A stretch of DNA of 64,000 nucleotides from Felis catus. Taxonomy: Eukaryota. Position 1 is the first letter of the stretch, and each line of letters begins with the position of its first letter. The position numbers were made by a program, and so were the translations under genes. Shown here one piece after another: positions 38,038-51,714 of this stretch. Where the stretch lies: assembly GCF_018350175.1 (NCBI RefSeq), contig NC_058368.1, forward strand, positions 118,794,001 to 118,858,000, given 5' to 3'. The notes under the pieces were generated by a model, which was given only the letters and a program-made list of their open reading frames with translations, had not been told where the DNA came from and searched no databases.

Positions 38038-39049
38038 TGTATTTTGGGTTCACTGACTGGGGAAATATACTTCCCAATGGGATCAAAGAGCTGATCTTGT
38101 TTAAAAGGCTTTACCTATTATCCTTCAGAGAGAAGATCACTCAATAGAACAGTACGGTAAACACTATAAAATGCTGACATCTCAGGTGTGGATTTCCACA
38201 CGTGGTCATGTTTTCTTATGACATTTAGAAGCAGGGTTAGGCTGACCCTGGCACTTACCAGCCTTCGTTCTAATTTCTTCCACGTTGCGTATTGTTCCAA
38301 GTTTCTGATCATTTCTACTTTGGAAGGTGACCAAGATCCTGGCAGTGCCCACGGTCACACCAACTCTCTGTGCCTCCTCTGCCATGGGGGCTTACACTGC
38401 CTCCTGGTAGCTATGTTTTCTGGCAGGTGCGGCACATGCAGGGGTCAGACCCCACCGTTTGAGGAGATGGGAGCCTCCTGCACGGGATCTCATTTTTCTC
38501 CATCTGCACAGCCATTTGGGGCCTCAGGCTTCGTGACTCACACAGTGACTATCCATCTGCCCATTTACTTCAGAAAGGAAAAAGGATTTCTTCGCACACA
38601 GTTGGCCCAGATTCAGGCATGAGCTGAGTCATCATCTCACATGATGGTGGGAGCCACCTGTCTGACCCTAGATTGTAGCAAAGCTCCATCATAATGGGGC
38701 TCCCTATTACATGAAGGTGAATATCACTTGCAAACCCCTGCACCCCCAAACCAACCTGAAATCCCAACCATGGGTCAGAGATGGCAGACGCTTGAAATTC
38801 CTGCCCCTAGATTTCCTCCCTGCTCCTTGTGGACATTCTCATTGACTGATGAACTCTTCTGCACTGAGCCCAGTGTCATCATCATCCAAGACAGCACTGC
38901 CAGTGACGGACAGCCCCTCACAATCCATCAGACTTGGCACCAGACAATGAAGCATATTGATACCTTAAGTTAGATCAGGAAGATGCGAATGTCTTCGGGA
39001 TGAAGAGCGGAGTCTCTAGAAGGCTACTTTTATTTACCTGTATATATAG

Positions 39050-39255
39050 TTATTTTTTAAATGTTTATTTTTGAAAGAAGGAGAAAGAGCATGCATGTGA
39101 ACAGGGGAGAGGCAGAGAGAGAGGGGGACAGAGGATCTGAAGCTGGCTCTGTGCTGACAGCAGAGAGCCTGATGCAGGGCTTGAACACACAGAATGTGAG
39201 ATCATGACCTGAGCTGAAGTCGGATGCTCAACTGACTGAGCCACCCAGGCGCCCC
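39050..39255 (-). mobile_element. CanSINE
   Basis: Antisense CanSINE; flanking repeat TGTATATATA. Confidence 0.93.
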
Positions 39256-39334
39256 TGTATATATAAGTATATATTTTGGGAGTGTGGGGGGGAAGTGGGA
39301 AGAAGAAAGTATACACACACACACACACACCATT

Positions 39335-39705
39335 AGTTAATAGGGCTGTCAAAGTCTAGGAGTCTGGGATCAAAGGGTCAGCAGGGTGGTTTCTTTTGAA
39401 GGCTCTGAGGGACAGTATGTTCCATGCCTCTCTCCTGGCTTCTGGTGGCTTGCTGGCAATCTTTGGCATTCTGTCACTTTTAGAGGCATCACTCCAATGC
39501 CTGCCTTCTTGTCCACAAGGCGTTCTCCCTCTGTGCATGTCTGTGTCCACATTTCCCCTTGTTATATAAGGACACATCATATTTAATTAGGGCTCAACCT
39601 AATGACCTTATATTATCTTAATTAGCTCCATAAAGACCTTATTTCCAAGTAAGGTACTGGGGGTTTAGGACTTCATATAAATTTGGGGATGACACACTTC
39701 ACCAC
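39335..39705 (-). mobile_element. MaLR LTR (MLT1B/C-like)
   Basis: ttcttttgaaggctctgagggacagtatgttccatgcctctctcctggcttctggtggcttgctggcaatctttggcatt...aagaccttatttccaagtaagg. Confidence 0.85.
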
Positions 39706-39789
39706 TCATGTCACACAGGCATTCAAGTCTATTATCATTTTTCAGCAAATTTTTAAGCACAGTCTAAACATTCATCGGGATCTTTCTTA

Positions 39790-40004
39790 AAATTTTTTTT
39801 AATGTTTTATTTATTTTTGAGACAGAGAGAGACAGAGCGTGAGCAGGGGAGGGGCAGAGAGAGAGCGAGACACAGAATCCAAAGCAGGCTCCAGGTTCTG
39901 AGCTGTCAGCACAGAGCCCAACGCGGGGCTAGAACTCACAAACCGTGAGATCATGTCCTGAGCTGAAGTTGGATGCTTAACCGACTGAGCCACCCAGGCG
40001 CCCC
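39790..40004 (-). mobile_element. CanSINE (SINEC_Fc-like)
   Basis: Full-length antisense copy ending ccacccaggcgcccc. Confidence 0.95.
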
Positions 40005-43000
40005 TGGATATTGATTTCTTAACTTGAATATTCTTGGGAATTTTTCTATATCAGTAAATACAGACATGCCTGTCTCAGTCTTCTTAATGGCTACTTAGAA
40101 CGGCATCATATGGGTTATTTATTTAACTTGTTTCCTGGTGACGGACATTTAAGCTCCTTTCAATCTTTTGCTGTTACAACAAATTTTCACTGGATGTCCT
40201 TGAACATGTTATTTCACACCTCAACTGCAAGTGTAGTTGCAATGGAGATCCTTAAACATGGACTTGCTTGTTCATAGGGTAAGTGCATTTTGATTTCATT
40301 ATCTATGTAAACTGCTCTTAATTGCTGGAAGAAAGGGCAGAGGATTTAGGCTTATCAGTTTAGCTAATTGCCACCATGGATCCCTTTCAGGTTAAAATAA
40401 AGGACTTAAAAGAGCCCACAGAAGGAAGGAGGAGGATCTTTCTAAAATCGGTACTTGTGAAACACAATTTGAAATGACGCCCTTAGTCTGTGCCACCCAA
40501 AGTCACTTCTCTGCCTCTGCTGTAAGACTGTCTCCTCCCTCTGAGCACAAAGACTGGGGCTGGGTCCAGGGACTCCTAACCTGCCTGAGCCTTGAGCTCA
40601 GAATCCAGAGGAACACAGGCCGAGACAATGAGGGGGCACTGGAGGGTGGTGGGCAGAGCCCCTTCACGTCCCCTGAAGACCAGGCCCAGTGTGGATGCAA
40701 TGGACATTATTGTTCCTCCCTGATACCCTTCCTAGGGAATATCTGTTCATCTGTTGTGAAATGCTCAACCTCCAGTTGGGTTTTGGCCAGGAACCCTCCC
40801 CATTCCGGGTGGAGGGCTGTAACCCTCCTGGGGGTGTGAGGGCATCTGAAGTCAGTCACATAGATAACAGCATGGCACAGTCTTGTAACATAACTGCCAG
40901 CTGGATACTTGGAAGCCTTCCCCTTTTGCTTACATGTGAAAGCCTGTCTTGTGGAGGTTAACTTGCTGTGGCCCATTCCTCATGGAGTCACAGGGCGTTA
41001 GCACTGTAAGGGAACACAGAAGCCTGGTCTTTAACCCTGGGGAAATTGACGCGCAAAGAAGTGAAGTGACTGACCCAAGTTTCTCTAAGCAGAAGCAGCA
41101 GAAAGTGGGTTATATATCCACCCACCCACCCAGACTTTCATGCACACAACCCATCCACACCTACCCGGCGTTACTGCTGTCATTAAGCAGACCCTACCCC
41201 TGCTATCTTAAGAGAGCATAGCCCTGGAGACAAGGCAGCCGTGAACAAACGATTTGCATTCGTAAAGTGTGCACAAATACAGAAGTTAAATGAACAGAAA
41301 TGAAAGCTTTGAGGGCTGGGAAGGAGACCTTCATGGTGCCAGGAGGGTGTGGGCATTGGAGACCGCTCCAAGGAGCTTTGGCCCAGAGGGGCTTCACGTA
41401 TGAAGAACAGAGCTGCTGAGGGGCCTTGTCTCCATCATTCCGTCAGAACCAGCAAAGCACGACAGAAGCATTTCTTCTCAGGCCACTCCAGACTTAAAAC
41501 ACGAAGGAGAAAATTGCCCCAGAAGTCAGTCTCCAACTGCAGAAGCATGTGCTGGCCCAGGAATACAGAGTCTTCCAGGTTGTGTAAAGGATGGTTTGCT
41601 GCAGAGGGCAGCTCTCCTGCCTCCCATCTGGGAAGGGAGTCAGAATACTTTGCTTCTATTGTTAAAAAAAAAAAAAAAAGAAAGCAGGTTTGTGTGGAGT
41701 TGGGGATACCAGCCTGCACAAAGCTGCTAAGCACTCAGGCCTAACCAGTGCTTCCCACCTGCAGAGGGGAGGCCTGCTGGCCTCCTCCCCAGCCGGGGCA
41801 AGGGCAGTGCTGGGGGAGTTGTTCTCTGTGTTCTTCAGCCTGATCTTCTACGGGCCCTGTTTTGTGCCAGGCATAATAATTTATGTCTTTCCGGTAAATT
41901 TAAATGTAGCTCAGAGCCATGAAAAGACGTTAGTACAGGTCCGAGACTTGGGATGTCTGAAGTTGAGCCCGAGCATTACTGCTGACCAGGTCAGTGATCC
42001 AGCGAGTACCCCTTAGGCCTTGGTTGCTGGTTGGGGTAATTGTGAAGATGTAGGACAGGAACTTTGCCAAGAGGAATCTGTCTTTCTGATAACTGCAGTC
42101 CATGGACACTAACAAGAGAACCAGCCTCCATTTCACTTGGACTCCACATGAGGCTATGAGCTCCATTTTACAGATGAGAAAAGTAAGGCACAGAGTTACT
42201 TGACCAAGCTTACAAAGCCTGTAACTCCATTAAGAGCAGGGATGTGAACCCATATCTTTCAGATGCTGGACCTTGCTAGGTCCAAATGGCTCAACAGAAA
42301 AGAGATCTTAATAACAGTACTTTGCTCCATTCCTACCCACTCCTTATCATGCAAGGTAACTCATTTCAGTAGTTCATTGCCCAGCAAGACACAAGGAAGG
42401 GCATTGGAAGAAATAGAAAGAGTAGCCTTTCTGTTTGGTTTGCAACTAACCAAGGGTAAGAGTGACTAAGGGGAAAGATGTTTTGGGGGGATGGGAAATG
42501 CAGTGGGGATTTTATTGTTTCAAAAACAGTCATCTAATTTTGTGATCCAGGAGGGGTGAGTCTAGGGTCTAAGTCTTACCCTCATCAGCTTATGTGAAAC
42601 GATAGCTGCTGGTGGTCCCCTAATTCAGAGACATCTGTGCACTGTCTTAGGAACAGTCCATGTAGCTTTTCAACCAAAAAAAGCCCTTCTGGAAACACCC
42701 GATCTGAAGCTGGTACGTGCCAGTGTGAAGAGGCACCAGGCATTCTACGAGGTTTCTCCTTCTCCAACCCAGCTGTTTAGTTGTGTTTGAGACAAGGACC
42801 TGGTCTAAGTGCCACTATCTGTCTGGATAAAAATAGATGAGTCCTTTCAGCTGATTGATGTGGCTGAATCCTTAAAACATGAAAGCAGTAGACGGAAAAA
42901 AATTCCCCACCTATATCCACAGCCAGCAGATAGCGGAGGACGTGGCAACAGAAATGCACAGGCCCACTGAGGGTTTTTCTTTCATGTTGGTCATCCATTT

Positions 43001-43959
43001 CACAGCTCACCCAGGCACTCTGCTTCTTATTCTTCTTGCCTCTCTGGACCATTGCAAAGCAGCTCTTGGCCAAATTTATTCTCTTCTCCAAGTCTCAGTT
43101 CCTTATGGACACATGGATTGACTGGATTGAGTCTCTCTGGGATCATATGCAGTCCAAAATCTATGGATGCTCTTCATCTCCTGTGTTTGCAGACTAAACC
43201 AAGGGGTGGAGAGTGGGGAGAGGGGGAGGGGACAGTGGGAGCAGTGTGCCCCGGGGCCCTGACATGGACATTGACGTGCACTGTCTATAGGAAATTTAAA
43301 CGATAATAAAACCAACTAAAAACTGGTGTGCTTTCTTCTTATGATCTGGCACTTACCCACAAAGTCCTGATAAAAAGCTCCTCTCTGCAGGGTGGTTTGT
43401 GGTACTCTCCTCTTCTTGGTATGCACCTGAGTGAGACTCTTGGCTGGTAGCGCTAGCAGCTCAGTTCAGAAAAGGTTAAAAGAAGACTTTGTTGGCCTGC
43501 GTAAGTGAAAACACCAGGAGATACAATCACACCTTATAAATAAATAAACTTAAAAAAAATTTTTTAAGTATAATATATCCTTTATGTAACATATACACAC
43601 ATACAAGTCAACTCAAAGAGTTTTTACAAACTGAACACACCCATGTTACCAGCACCCAGAACTGAGAAGTAGAACATTACCAACATCCCAGAAACCATCC
43701 CACCACCTTGCTCCTTCCAATCACTACTGCTCCCCAAGAGTAACAGCATAGATTAGTTTTGCCTGTTTTCAAACTTTATGTAAATCATACACCGTTTTAA
43801 AAAACGTATGATCGCTTGTTATTTCAAGTGATGGCAAAAGCATTGCTGTTTTTTAAGCATTTTGTAAATATCCTTTTGATGGCTGCAGAATCCCAAATCA
43901 GGGAGGTACCGTAGTTTACTTAAGCATTCCCCTCTTGCTGCAAATTAATATTTGCTAGA

Positions 43960-44539
43960 CCCAGGGTTTTCCTGCTGGCTAGGCAGATCTGGAATCTACA
44001 GAGCAGGCTTAACATGTAGCTTTTGATGTCCCCAAAAGTTAACTACTAATAGCCTACCATTGACCGGAAGTCTTAATGACAGATAACACAAAGAGTTGAT
44101 TAACACATATATCGTATGCTATCTATGTTATGTACTGTATTCTTGCAGTGAAGTTATCTAGAGAAAAGAAAATGTTATTAGGAAAATCAAAGGAAGAGAA
44201 AATACATTTACATACTGAACTGCATTTATGAGAAAAATCCATGTACAGAGCAGGCCACCAGGAAGGCAGGCTGGAAATCTCAGGCGGGAACTGTCGGTCC
44301 ACGGGTGGAATTTGTTCAGAGAAGCTTCTGTTCTGGTCTGCAGGCTTTTCAAACAATTCAGTCAGGTGCACACACCCCCACCTTCCCCAGCCATCTAGGA
44401 CAGTTTCCTTAAAGCTAACTGGTTGTAGATCTTAATCGCGTCTACAAAATGCCTTCACAGCAACACCTAGATTACTATTTGATTGAATAATAATGAGACT
44501 ACAGCCTCCCCACGATGACACCTAAAACTGACCATCACA
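43960..44539. mobile_element. MLT2-type ERVL LTR interrupted by an inverted Tigger2a-derived insert (44009-44245)
   Basis: caaaatgccttcacagcaacacctagatta...tgacacctaaaactgaccatcaca is an MLT2-type terminus; the insert is flanked by TACAGAGCAGGC direct repeats. Confidence 0.7.
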
Positions 44540-44715
44540 AGGACACACAATCGATCCGATAGGTTGTTTAATTAATTCAAAGGTCCATCCTTGTCTCCTC
44601 CTCTGCAGTTGTCACCTTTAGCGTTAATCAAATACATTTTCTTACTGTCGTCATCTGTTTCTGGAATCTCATTTGCCTGTTCATCCATCCTTCTGCCAGT
44701 ACCACACTATCAATA

Positions 44716-44917
44716 TATTTTTTTGGTTCTGAGAGACAGAGCATGAGAGCATAAGCCACATACAAGCTAGGAAGGGGCACAGGGAGGGAGAGAATCTTAA
44801 GCAGACTCCACGTCCAGCATGAGCCCGATATGGGGCTTGATCTCACAACCAGGAGATCATGATCTCAGCCAAAATCAAAAGTCAGACACTTAATCGACTG
44901 AGCCAGCCAGGTACCCC
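44716..44917 (-). mobile_element. CanSINE inserted in an old L1M fragment
   Basis: Antisense CanSINE; flanks tgccagtaccacact / tagcttttataataagtc are L1-like. Confidence 0.88.
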
Positions 44918-44983
44918 AAGTATAGCTTTTATAATAAGTCTACACATCTGAGAGAGCAAGTCCTTCCATATTATTTTCGAGTA

Positions 44984-45334
44984 CAGTTGACCTTTGAACA
45001 AAATAGGTTTGAACTGCATGGGTCCATTTTTACATGGATTTTTTTTCGTAAATGCAGTTCAGTATGTAAATGTATTTTCACTTCCTTTGATTTTCCTAAT
45101 AACATTTTCTTTTCTCTAGATAACTTCACTGCAAGAATACGGTACATAACATAGATAGCATACGATATATGTGTTAATCAACTCTTTGTGTTATCTGTCG
45201 TTAAGGCTTCCGGTCAATGCTAGGCTATTAGTAGTAAAGTTTTGGGGAAGTCAAAAGTTACATGTTAAGTTTTAACTGCAGGGTAGGAGGAACCACTGGC
45301 ACCTATAGCCCCCACGTTGTTTAAGGGTCAACTG
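44984..45334 (+). mobile_element. Tigger2a-like non-autonomous TcMar-Tigger element
   Basis: TIRs CAGTTGACCTTTGAACAA ... TTGTTTAAGGGTCAACTG, preceded by TA (44982-44983). Confidence 0.85.
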
Positions 45335-46105
45335 TGTCATGTACAAATTATTTTTGAAGAACGATGTGCATCTTTTCAAGTATTCCATATTGAATTTTGA
45401 GACAAAATAAAACACCTCTGTGGTAATTTAGGCATCAGACTAACTGATTTGCATGTGCTCCTTGGATTAAAACTTCTATTGTTATTATTATACATGTACT
45501 AGAAATTTTTTCCTTGGTCTTTTAAAAAACTGAGGGGTGCACATCTTTGCAAATGTAAAATTATACAAGCAAGTATATACTTGTATATATACAAGCAAGT
45601 ATACTACCATGGCTCATATGTACCTTAATTAAAGATTGGTTAAGTTTGAGACAGGGTTAATCCCACTGCTCAGTGCATGCTGTCTGAACATTATATCTTG
45701 GAATGATATTCAGTGAAGTGATTAAAACTAGTCAGTTTTTCACAGTGGCAGTAATGTTATTATTGTAGTGTCGGTGTACATTTGAAATGCTCTGTCTCTG
45801 CTTTTTATATGAGTTACAAGAAATGGAAACCATAGTGTGGATATTCATTCCAATTCACTAAATTAGGGGTATTTTTAGGATTCAGTCTTTATTTTTTAAA
45901 TTAAGATCCAGCTTCGCATTATTTTGTTCTCTCTTAAGTTTCTGGGCCAGTGTAATAGAAGAGTAGCTTGAGATTGGTCAGCAAGCTGTTGAAGAGAAAC
46001 TATTATCACTTCACACATTTCTTTGTGTGTGTTGATTATTTTTGTTGAATTGGAACCTGAAGTTGATATGGAATAGAAGGTATCATCCCAAACTTACAAA
46101 TGAAG

Positions 46106-46313
46106 ATTTTTAAAATATGTTTATCCATTTTTGAGAAAGGGAGGGGGGGCACCAGTGGGGGAGGGGCAGAGAGGGAGAGGGAAAGAATCCCAAGCAGGCT
46201 CCTGCTGTCAGCGTAGAGCCCCATGTGGGGTTTAATCTCACCAACCTCGAGGTCATGACCTGAGCCAAAACCAAGAGTCCCATGCTTAACCAACTGAGCC
46301 ACCCAGGCGTCCC
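46106..46313 (-). mobile_element. CanSINE
   Basis: Antisense CanSINE ending ccacccaggcgtccc. Confidence 0.9.
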
Positions 46314-46382
46314 ATGTAAAACAAATGTAAACTTGAACTCATTGTATGCTAATAAAATACTATGCAAGTAGTTTTAATTTTG

Positions 46383-46421
<39 letters not shown>

Positions 46422-46490
46422 GTATACATATATATATGTATGTATATTATATTTAAGACTTTACATGACTTTGAAAAAAAGGGTCTGCTT

Positions 46491-46840
46491 GGGGCATCTG
46501 GGTGGCTCAGTCAGTTAGGTGTCTGACTGTTGATGTCAGCTTAGGTCTTTATCTCAGGGTTGTGAGTTCAAGCCCCACATTGGGCTGCATGCTGGGTGTG
46601 AAGCCTACTTAAAAAAACCGGGTGGCTCAGTCGGTTGGGCGGCCGACTTCGGCTCAGGTCATGATCTTGCGGTCCATGAGTTCGAGCCCCACGTCAGGCT
46701 CTGTGCTGACAGCTCAGAGCCTGGAGCCTGTTTCAGATTCTGTGTCTCCCTCTCTCTGACCCTCCCCCGTTCATGCTCTGTCTCTGTCTCAAAAATAAAT
46801 AAATGTTAAAAAAAAAATTAAAAAAAAATACAAATAAAAA
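46491..46840 (+). mobile_element. Short CanSINE with a 5'-truncated SINEC_Fc inserted in its A-tail
   Basis: ggggcatctgggtggctcag...aagcctacttaaaaaaa, then gggtggctcagtcggttgggcggccgacttcgg...; outer TSD AAAAAAGGG(A)TCTGCT. Confidence 0.9.
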
Positions 46841-47189
46841 AGGGATCTGCTCCTAAAAAACCTAGGTATCTTTTACACTAGTAAAACTATTACTTAAATG
46901 GATAAGATACCATATGAATTATTTCATTACTGTTTTTATTTTTTTATTTACTTAAAAACATTTTGAGTATAGTTGATACACAATATTATATTAGTTTCAG
47001 GTGTACAATTGTATTTCCATTTTTAAACTGCAGAAGTAATGCCCAATCATTGTGGGAAAATTAGGAAATTGTAAGAAATTAAAACCTCCAGACATTCTGC
47101 CACTTAATAAAGAAATGCTATTAGCACCGTGGGTTAATGTTTCCATATACACGTTTTGCATGTACTTGTGTGTGTCACATGGAAACAAT

Positions 47190-47400
47190 ACAACACAGTG
47201 TTAAAATCATGGGATCTAGAGACAGACTGTCTCAGCACTGCCACCTAACAGTTTTGTGATCTTGGGAGTGTTCATTTTTCAATGCCTCATTATTCTAATC
47301 CATAAAATGGCAATAATAAAGGTACTTATTTCAGAGATTGTTGTAAGAATCAAATGCAAAGCACTCAGAATAATCCCCAGAGTATAATAAATGCTAAATA
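47190..47400 (+). mobile_element. MIR
   Basis: tgtgatcttgggagtg...ccataaaatggcaataataaaggtacttatttcagagattgttgtaagaatcaaatg. Confidence 0.7.
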
Positions 47401-47439
47401 AAACTTTGTGATTTTGTAGTATTTCAGTATATATATCTG

Positions 47440-48950
47440 TTCAAACAGAGAGCCCAGAAATAAATCCATGCATTTATAGTCAATTGATCTTCCAGAAAAG
47501 TGCCAGAAACACACAATGAGGAAAGGATTGTGTCTGTAATAAGTGATGTTGGGGAAACTGGAGATCCACATGCAAAAGTAGGAAATTGGACCCTTATCTT
47601 ATACCTTATACAAAAAGACAAAAACCAACTCAAAATGGATTAAAGAGTTCAATGTTAAGCCCTGAAACTGAAGAAAACATAGGGAGAAAGCTCCTTGACA
47701 TTAGTCTTGGCAATGATTTTTTTTTTTTTTTGGATATGGACCCAAAAGTACCAGCAATAAAAGCAAAAATAGACAAATGGGACTGCATCAAACTACAAAG
47801 CTTCTGTACAGCAAAGGAAATAATCAACAGAAAGATAATCTACAGAATGGGAGAAAATCTTTGCAAACTTTGTATCTGATAAGGGGTTGATTTCTAAAAT
47901 AGATAAGGAAGTCCCAGAACTCAATAGCAAAAAAAAAAAAAAACTAATAGCCTGATTTGAAAATGAGCAAGGACCTGAATAGACATTTCTCAAAGAAGAC
48001 ACACAAATGGCTAACAAGTATATAAGAAGATGCTTAACGTTGTTAAGGGAACATCGTTATCAGGGAAATGCAAGTCAAAACCACAATGAGATATCACCTT
48101 ACACCCATTAGAACCACTATTATAAAAAGTCAGAAGATAGTTGGCGTTGGTAGGAATGTGGAGAAAAGGGAACCCTCCCTCACGCACTGTTTGTGAAATG
48201 CACATTTGTACAGTTACTATGGAAAACAGTATGGAGGTTCCTCAAATCTTAAAAATAGAACTACCATATGATCCAGCAATCCCACTTCTGGGTGTATATT
48301 CAAAGGAAATGAAATTACTATCAAGACATAATTTGCAGTCCTATGTTTATTGCAGGATTATTCACAACAGTTAAGATATGGAAACGAGCTAAGTGTTAAC
48401 AATGGATGAATGCATAAAGAAAACGTAATATACATATACAATGGAATGTTATTCAGTCTTTTAAAAAGAAGGAAATTTTGTCATTTGTGACAACATGGAT
48501 AAACTTGGAGTACATTATGCTAAGTGAGATAAGCCAGACACAGAAAGACAAATACTGCATGATCTCATTTAAATGTGGAAACTAAAAAAGTCTGTTAGAG
48601 GCAGAAAGTAGAGGAAATGAGGAAATGTTGGTCAAAGGGTATAAGGTTTCAGAGATGCAGGATGAATAAATTCTGGAGATCTAAACAGTAAGGTGATTAT
48701 TGGCAACATTGTATTATAGTTTGAAATTTACTAAGATTACTTGAAGTTTACCAAGAGAATAAGTTTTATTCTCACAAAAACAAAAACAAAAACAAAAACA
48801 AAAACAAAAAAAACCCACTGTGAGGTGATGGATATGATAATTAGTTTGATTGTAGTAATCATTTCACAAAATATATGCATAATAAAACATATTGTACATC
48901 TTAAATATATATAGTTTTTACTGGTCAATTATACTTCAGTTAAGTAGGAA
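47440..48950 (+). mobile_element. 5'-truncated L1MA-type LINE (degenerate ORF2 C-terminus plus 3'UTR)
   Basis: ORF fragments DPYLIPYTK, KAKIDKWDCIKLQSFCTAKE and MENSMEVPQILKIELPYDPAIPLLG are L1 ORF2p C-terminal motifs, broken by stops and frameshifts. Confidence 0.92.
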
Positions 48951-49029
48951 ATATATATATATATATATATGTAAATTTATATAAGTATATATACACACCA
49001 GGGTCATCTATAGGTTAGATTTTTCTCAT

Positions 49030-49575
49030 TGGTTTTTTAAAAAATCAACTCTACTGAGGTATAATTTACATGCAATAGAATGTACCCATTTTAGGGACCC
49101 AGCTTGATGAGTTTTGAAAAAAATATATATATTCTTGTAACCACTACCACCACCACCACCACCCCAGTCAAGATATAGAGCATTTCCATCACCCCTGAAA
49201 ATTCCCTCTTGCCTCACCCCGCTTTCCACCACCCCGAATTCCTGGCCCCAGGAAACCACTCATCTGCTTTTTGCTAGTATAAATCAGTTTCCCTTTTATA
49301 AGATTTCAAATAAATGGAATTATATAGTATGTGTTTTTTGTGCCTGGATTCTTTCACTCAACATGTTTTTGGGATTTGTCCATGTTGTTGCATGTATCAG
49401 AGTTGATTCTTTTTATCACTAAGTAGTATTTCATTTTCTGAGTGTATTACAGTTTGCTTATCCATTCAGTGTTATTTCGTTTCCAATTTTCGACTATGAT
49501 GAATAAAAGCTACTATGAATATGTATGTGCCGCCTTTACGGGGGCATATCTTTTCATTTCTTTTGGGTAAATAGG
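49030..49575 (-). mobile_element. Old L1M 3' end
   Basis: tgaggtataatttacatgcaatagaatgtaccc...ctttcactcaacatgtttttgggatttgtccatgttgttgcatgtatcag. Confidence 0.85.
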
Positions 49576-49864
49576 TAGATTTTGAACCCAGAACCCAGTA
49601 ATAACTTGCTTCGTTGGGGGCTTCCAGGGAGGTACTGTCACAGAAGGGACCTGGTTCCAAAGTGGGCAGCCTCTACCTTAGACGGGAGCAGCCTGCCCAC
49701 CTATGTCCTATTGGCTAATAAGAGGACTATTTTAACAGTTGTCTTTCCATTTGTTGAGCTGTACATTAACCAGAGAGCAGGTGCCCTTCCTCTTCTAGGT
49801 TCATGTACAGTTCACATGAAGCTAAAGGTGATTCAGGATGGATTTATTATGAAGGATTATAAGG

Positions 49865-50095
49865 GCTAACATTCATTAAACATTCTTTTTGCCCATCATC
49901 TCAGGTATGTTTTATTATTGAGCCCTCAAAACCACACCGTGAGATGGGAGCTGCCATTTCTCCATTAGGCAGATGAGAAAACTGAGGCCTGGAGAGGTTA
50001 AGCAACTTATCCCAGGTTACCTACCCAGTAACTAGTAGAGACAGAATTTGAACACGGGTCAGTCTCAGTCCACATCCTATGCTCTTAACCCAAGT
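49865..50095 (-). mobile_element. MIR
   Basis: cagatgagaaaactgaggcctggagaggttaagcaacttatcccaggttac...tgctcttaacc. Confidence 0.8.
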
Positions 50096-51714
50096 TACGC
50101 TCCATATAGTGTCTGACTCATATTACTAGCTTAGTCATATTATTGGTGGTCAATGCCTAATTGCCGATAGGTTTCCCATAAAGTCATTTTAGGTACATTG
50201 AGATGACTCTCTCTCTATTTGATTATGTGGAACCTAAATCAAAGGCAGCCTCACACCCCAAAGAAGAAAAAGCCCTCTAAAAAAGTGCACATATTCCATT
50301 ATATTGTGGATTCAGCCATGCATTCATTACATCCCTTCACCGACCATTTATTTACCTAGCTCTTAGTGATAGACACTGTGATTGACTCTCCTTTCTTCCA
50401 CCTGTAGAGTGGGCTTCTGCTCAGTCATGATTAGTGTGCTCTTCCTCCCCGCTTTCTAGTGGAGGGGTGGACCCTTGCACCCCAGTTTTTGAGTTCCTGC
50501 CCCAGTGCGTCGGGCACCTGCCCCACCCTGGCAAAGTGCATGTTGAGCCACAGCTGGGTCTGCCCACTTTCAGCCCTTCTGGGAGCTCCCAGCACCCATC
50601 CCTCTGCTGGACTGTAGGCTCCCCGAATACAGGGACACGCTCTCATGCATCTTCCCTTCCTTTGGACTCACCCAGCAGGATGCATGTGCTGAAAAATTGC
50701 TGGGGATGAAGGGCACCCTTCGGCAGTGTTCCGTGTGTGTACTTCCAAGGAGGGGGTTTACATTTTTGACTGGCTGCTCTCTGGGCTGGGTGTTTTATAT
50801 GCATAAACTATTTGCACCCTTGCAACAATCCTAAGAGCCAGCAGTGTGAGTCCATCTGTTAGTCACAAAGAGGGAAGCCTAGATGAGTTGCAGGAGCTCG
50901 CACAGCCTGTAAGTGGTGGAGGGGGGCGGGGGGAGGCCCTCTCTGTGAACACTGTGTGATTATAACAGTGTGTGGTAGTGCTCCTTACACAGCACCTTCG
51001 TTATCAGAAAGTGGGTGCCACAAGCCACAGGAATCCCACTCCGCTAGACGCACGATCTGCGACTAAATAGCATTTGTCCTCTGCAGTCCTGCCTTGTGTT
51101 ACGACTGTGTTTTTTGTTCTCGTGACAGTTAAGGTTGTAAACATATTTGCCCAGCTTGTCCATTGAGCCTGAGGACACCTGACTTCGTCTCAGCCCTTTA
51201 TCCTCGGGTGAAGAGTATAATCAGTCCCTTCCTGCAGGCAGCAGCTAATAAAGCGTTTCATTTATCCCAGCTCATCCTTTGCCCAAGATGTTAGGGTTTC
51301 TATCATGTTGCTTTGTAGTTATTTAATTTGCTCTTGGAAGAGTGACTGTCAGACGGAAATGCTTGAGAATGGAGCTTGTGAAATGTGTGTAAAAGTTCTC
51401 TCTCTATGCAACTCTTGAAGGTAGTCAGGCAAGATAGATAGGCAACATTGTCTTGAATTCCTGGTTTATGGTGGTGGAGGGTCAGTATTTCAGATGGTGG
51501 TTTTTTCAACATTAATTTAAGACATATTACTGGTAAAATGCTAATCATGGTGCTAAGCCCTGGGGATGGGTGACCAACCCACACGTAGGCCTTCACTCAG
51601 AAGTGCATGCTACAAGTGTCATCCATAAAGAGCCCCTGCTGTCATCCTAGATTTTGAATTTGGGGTGTAAGTAGTAAAGAAACAATCTTTTTTCTTTAAA
51701 GATGGAATGCTGGA

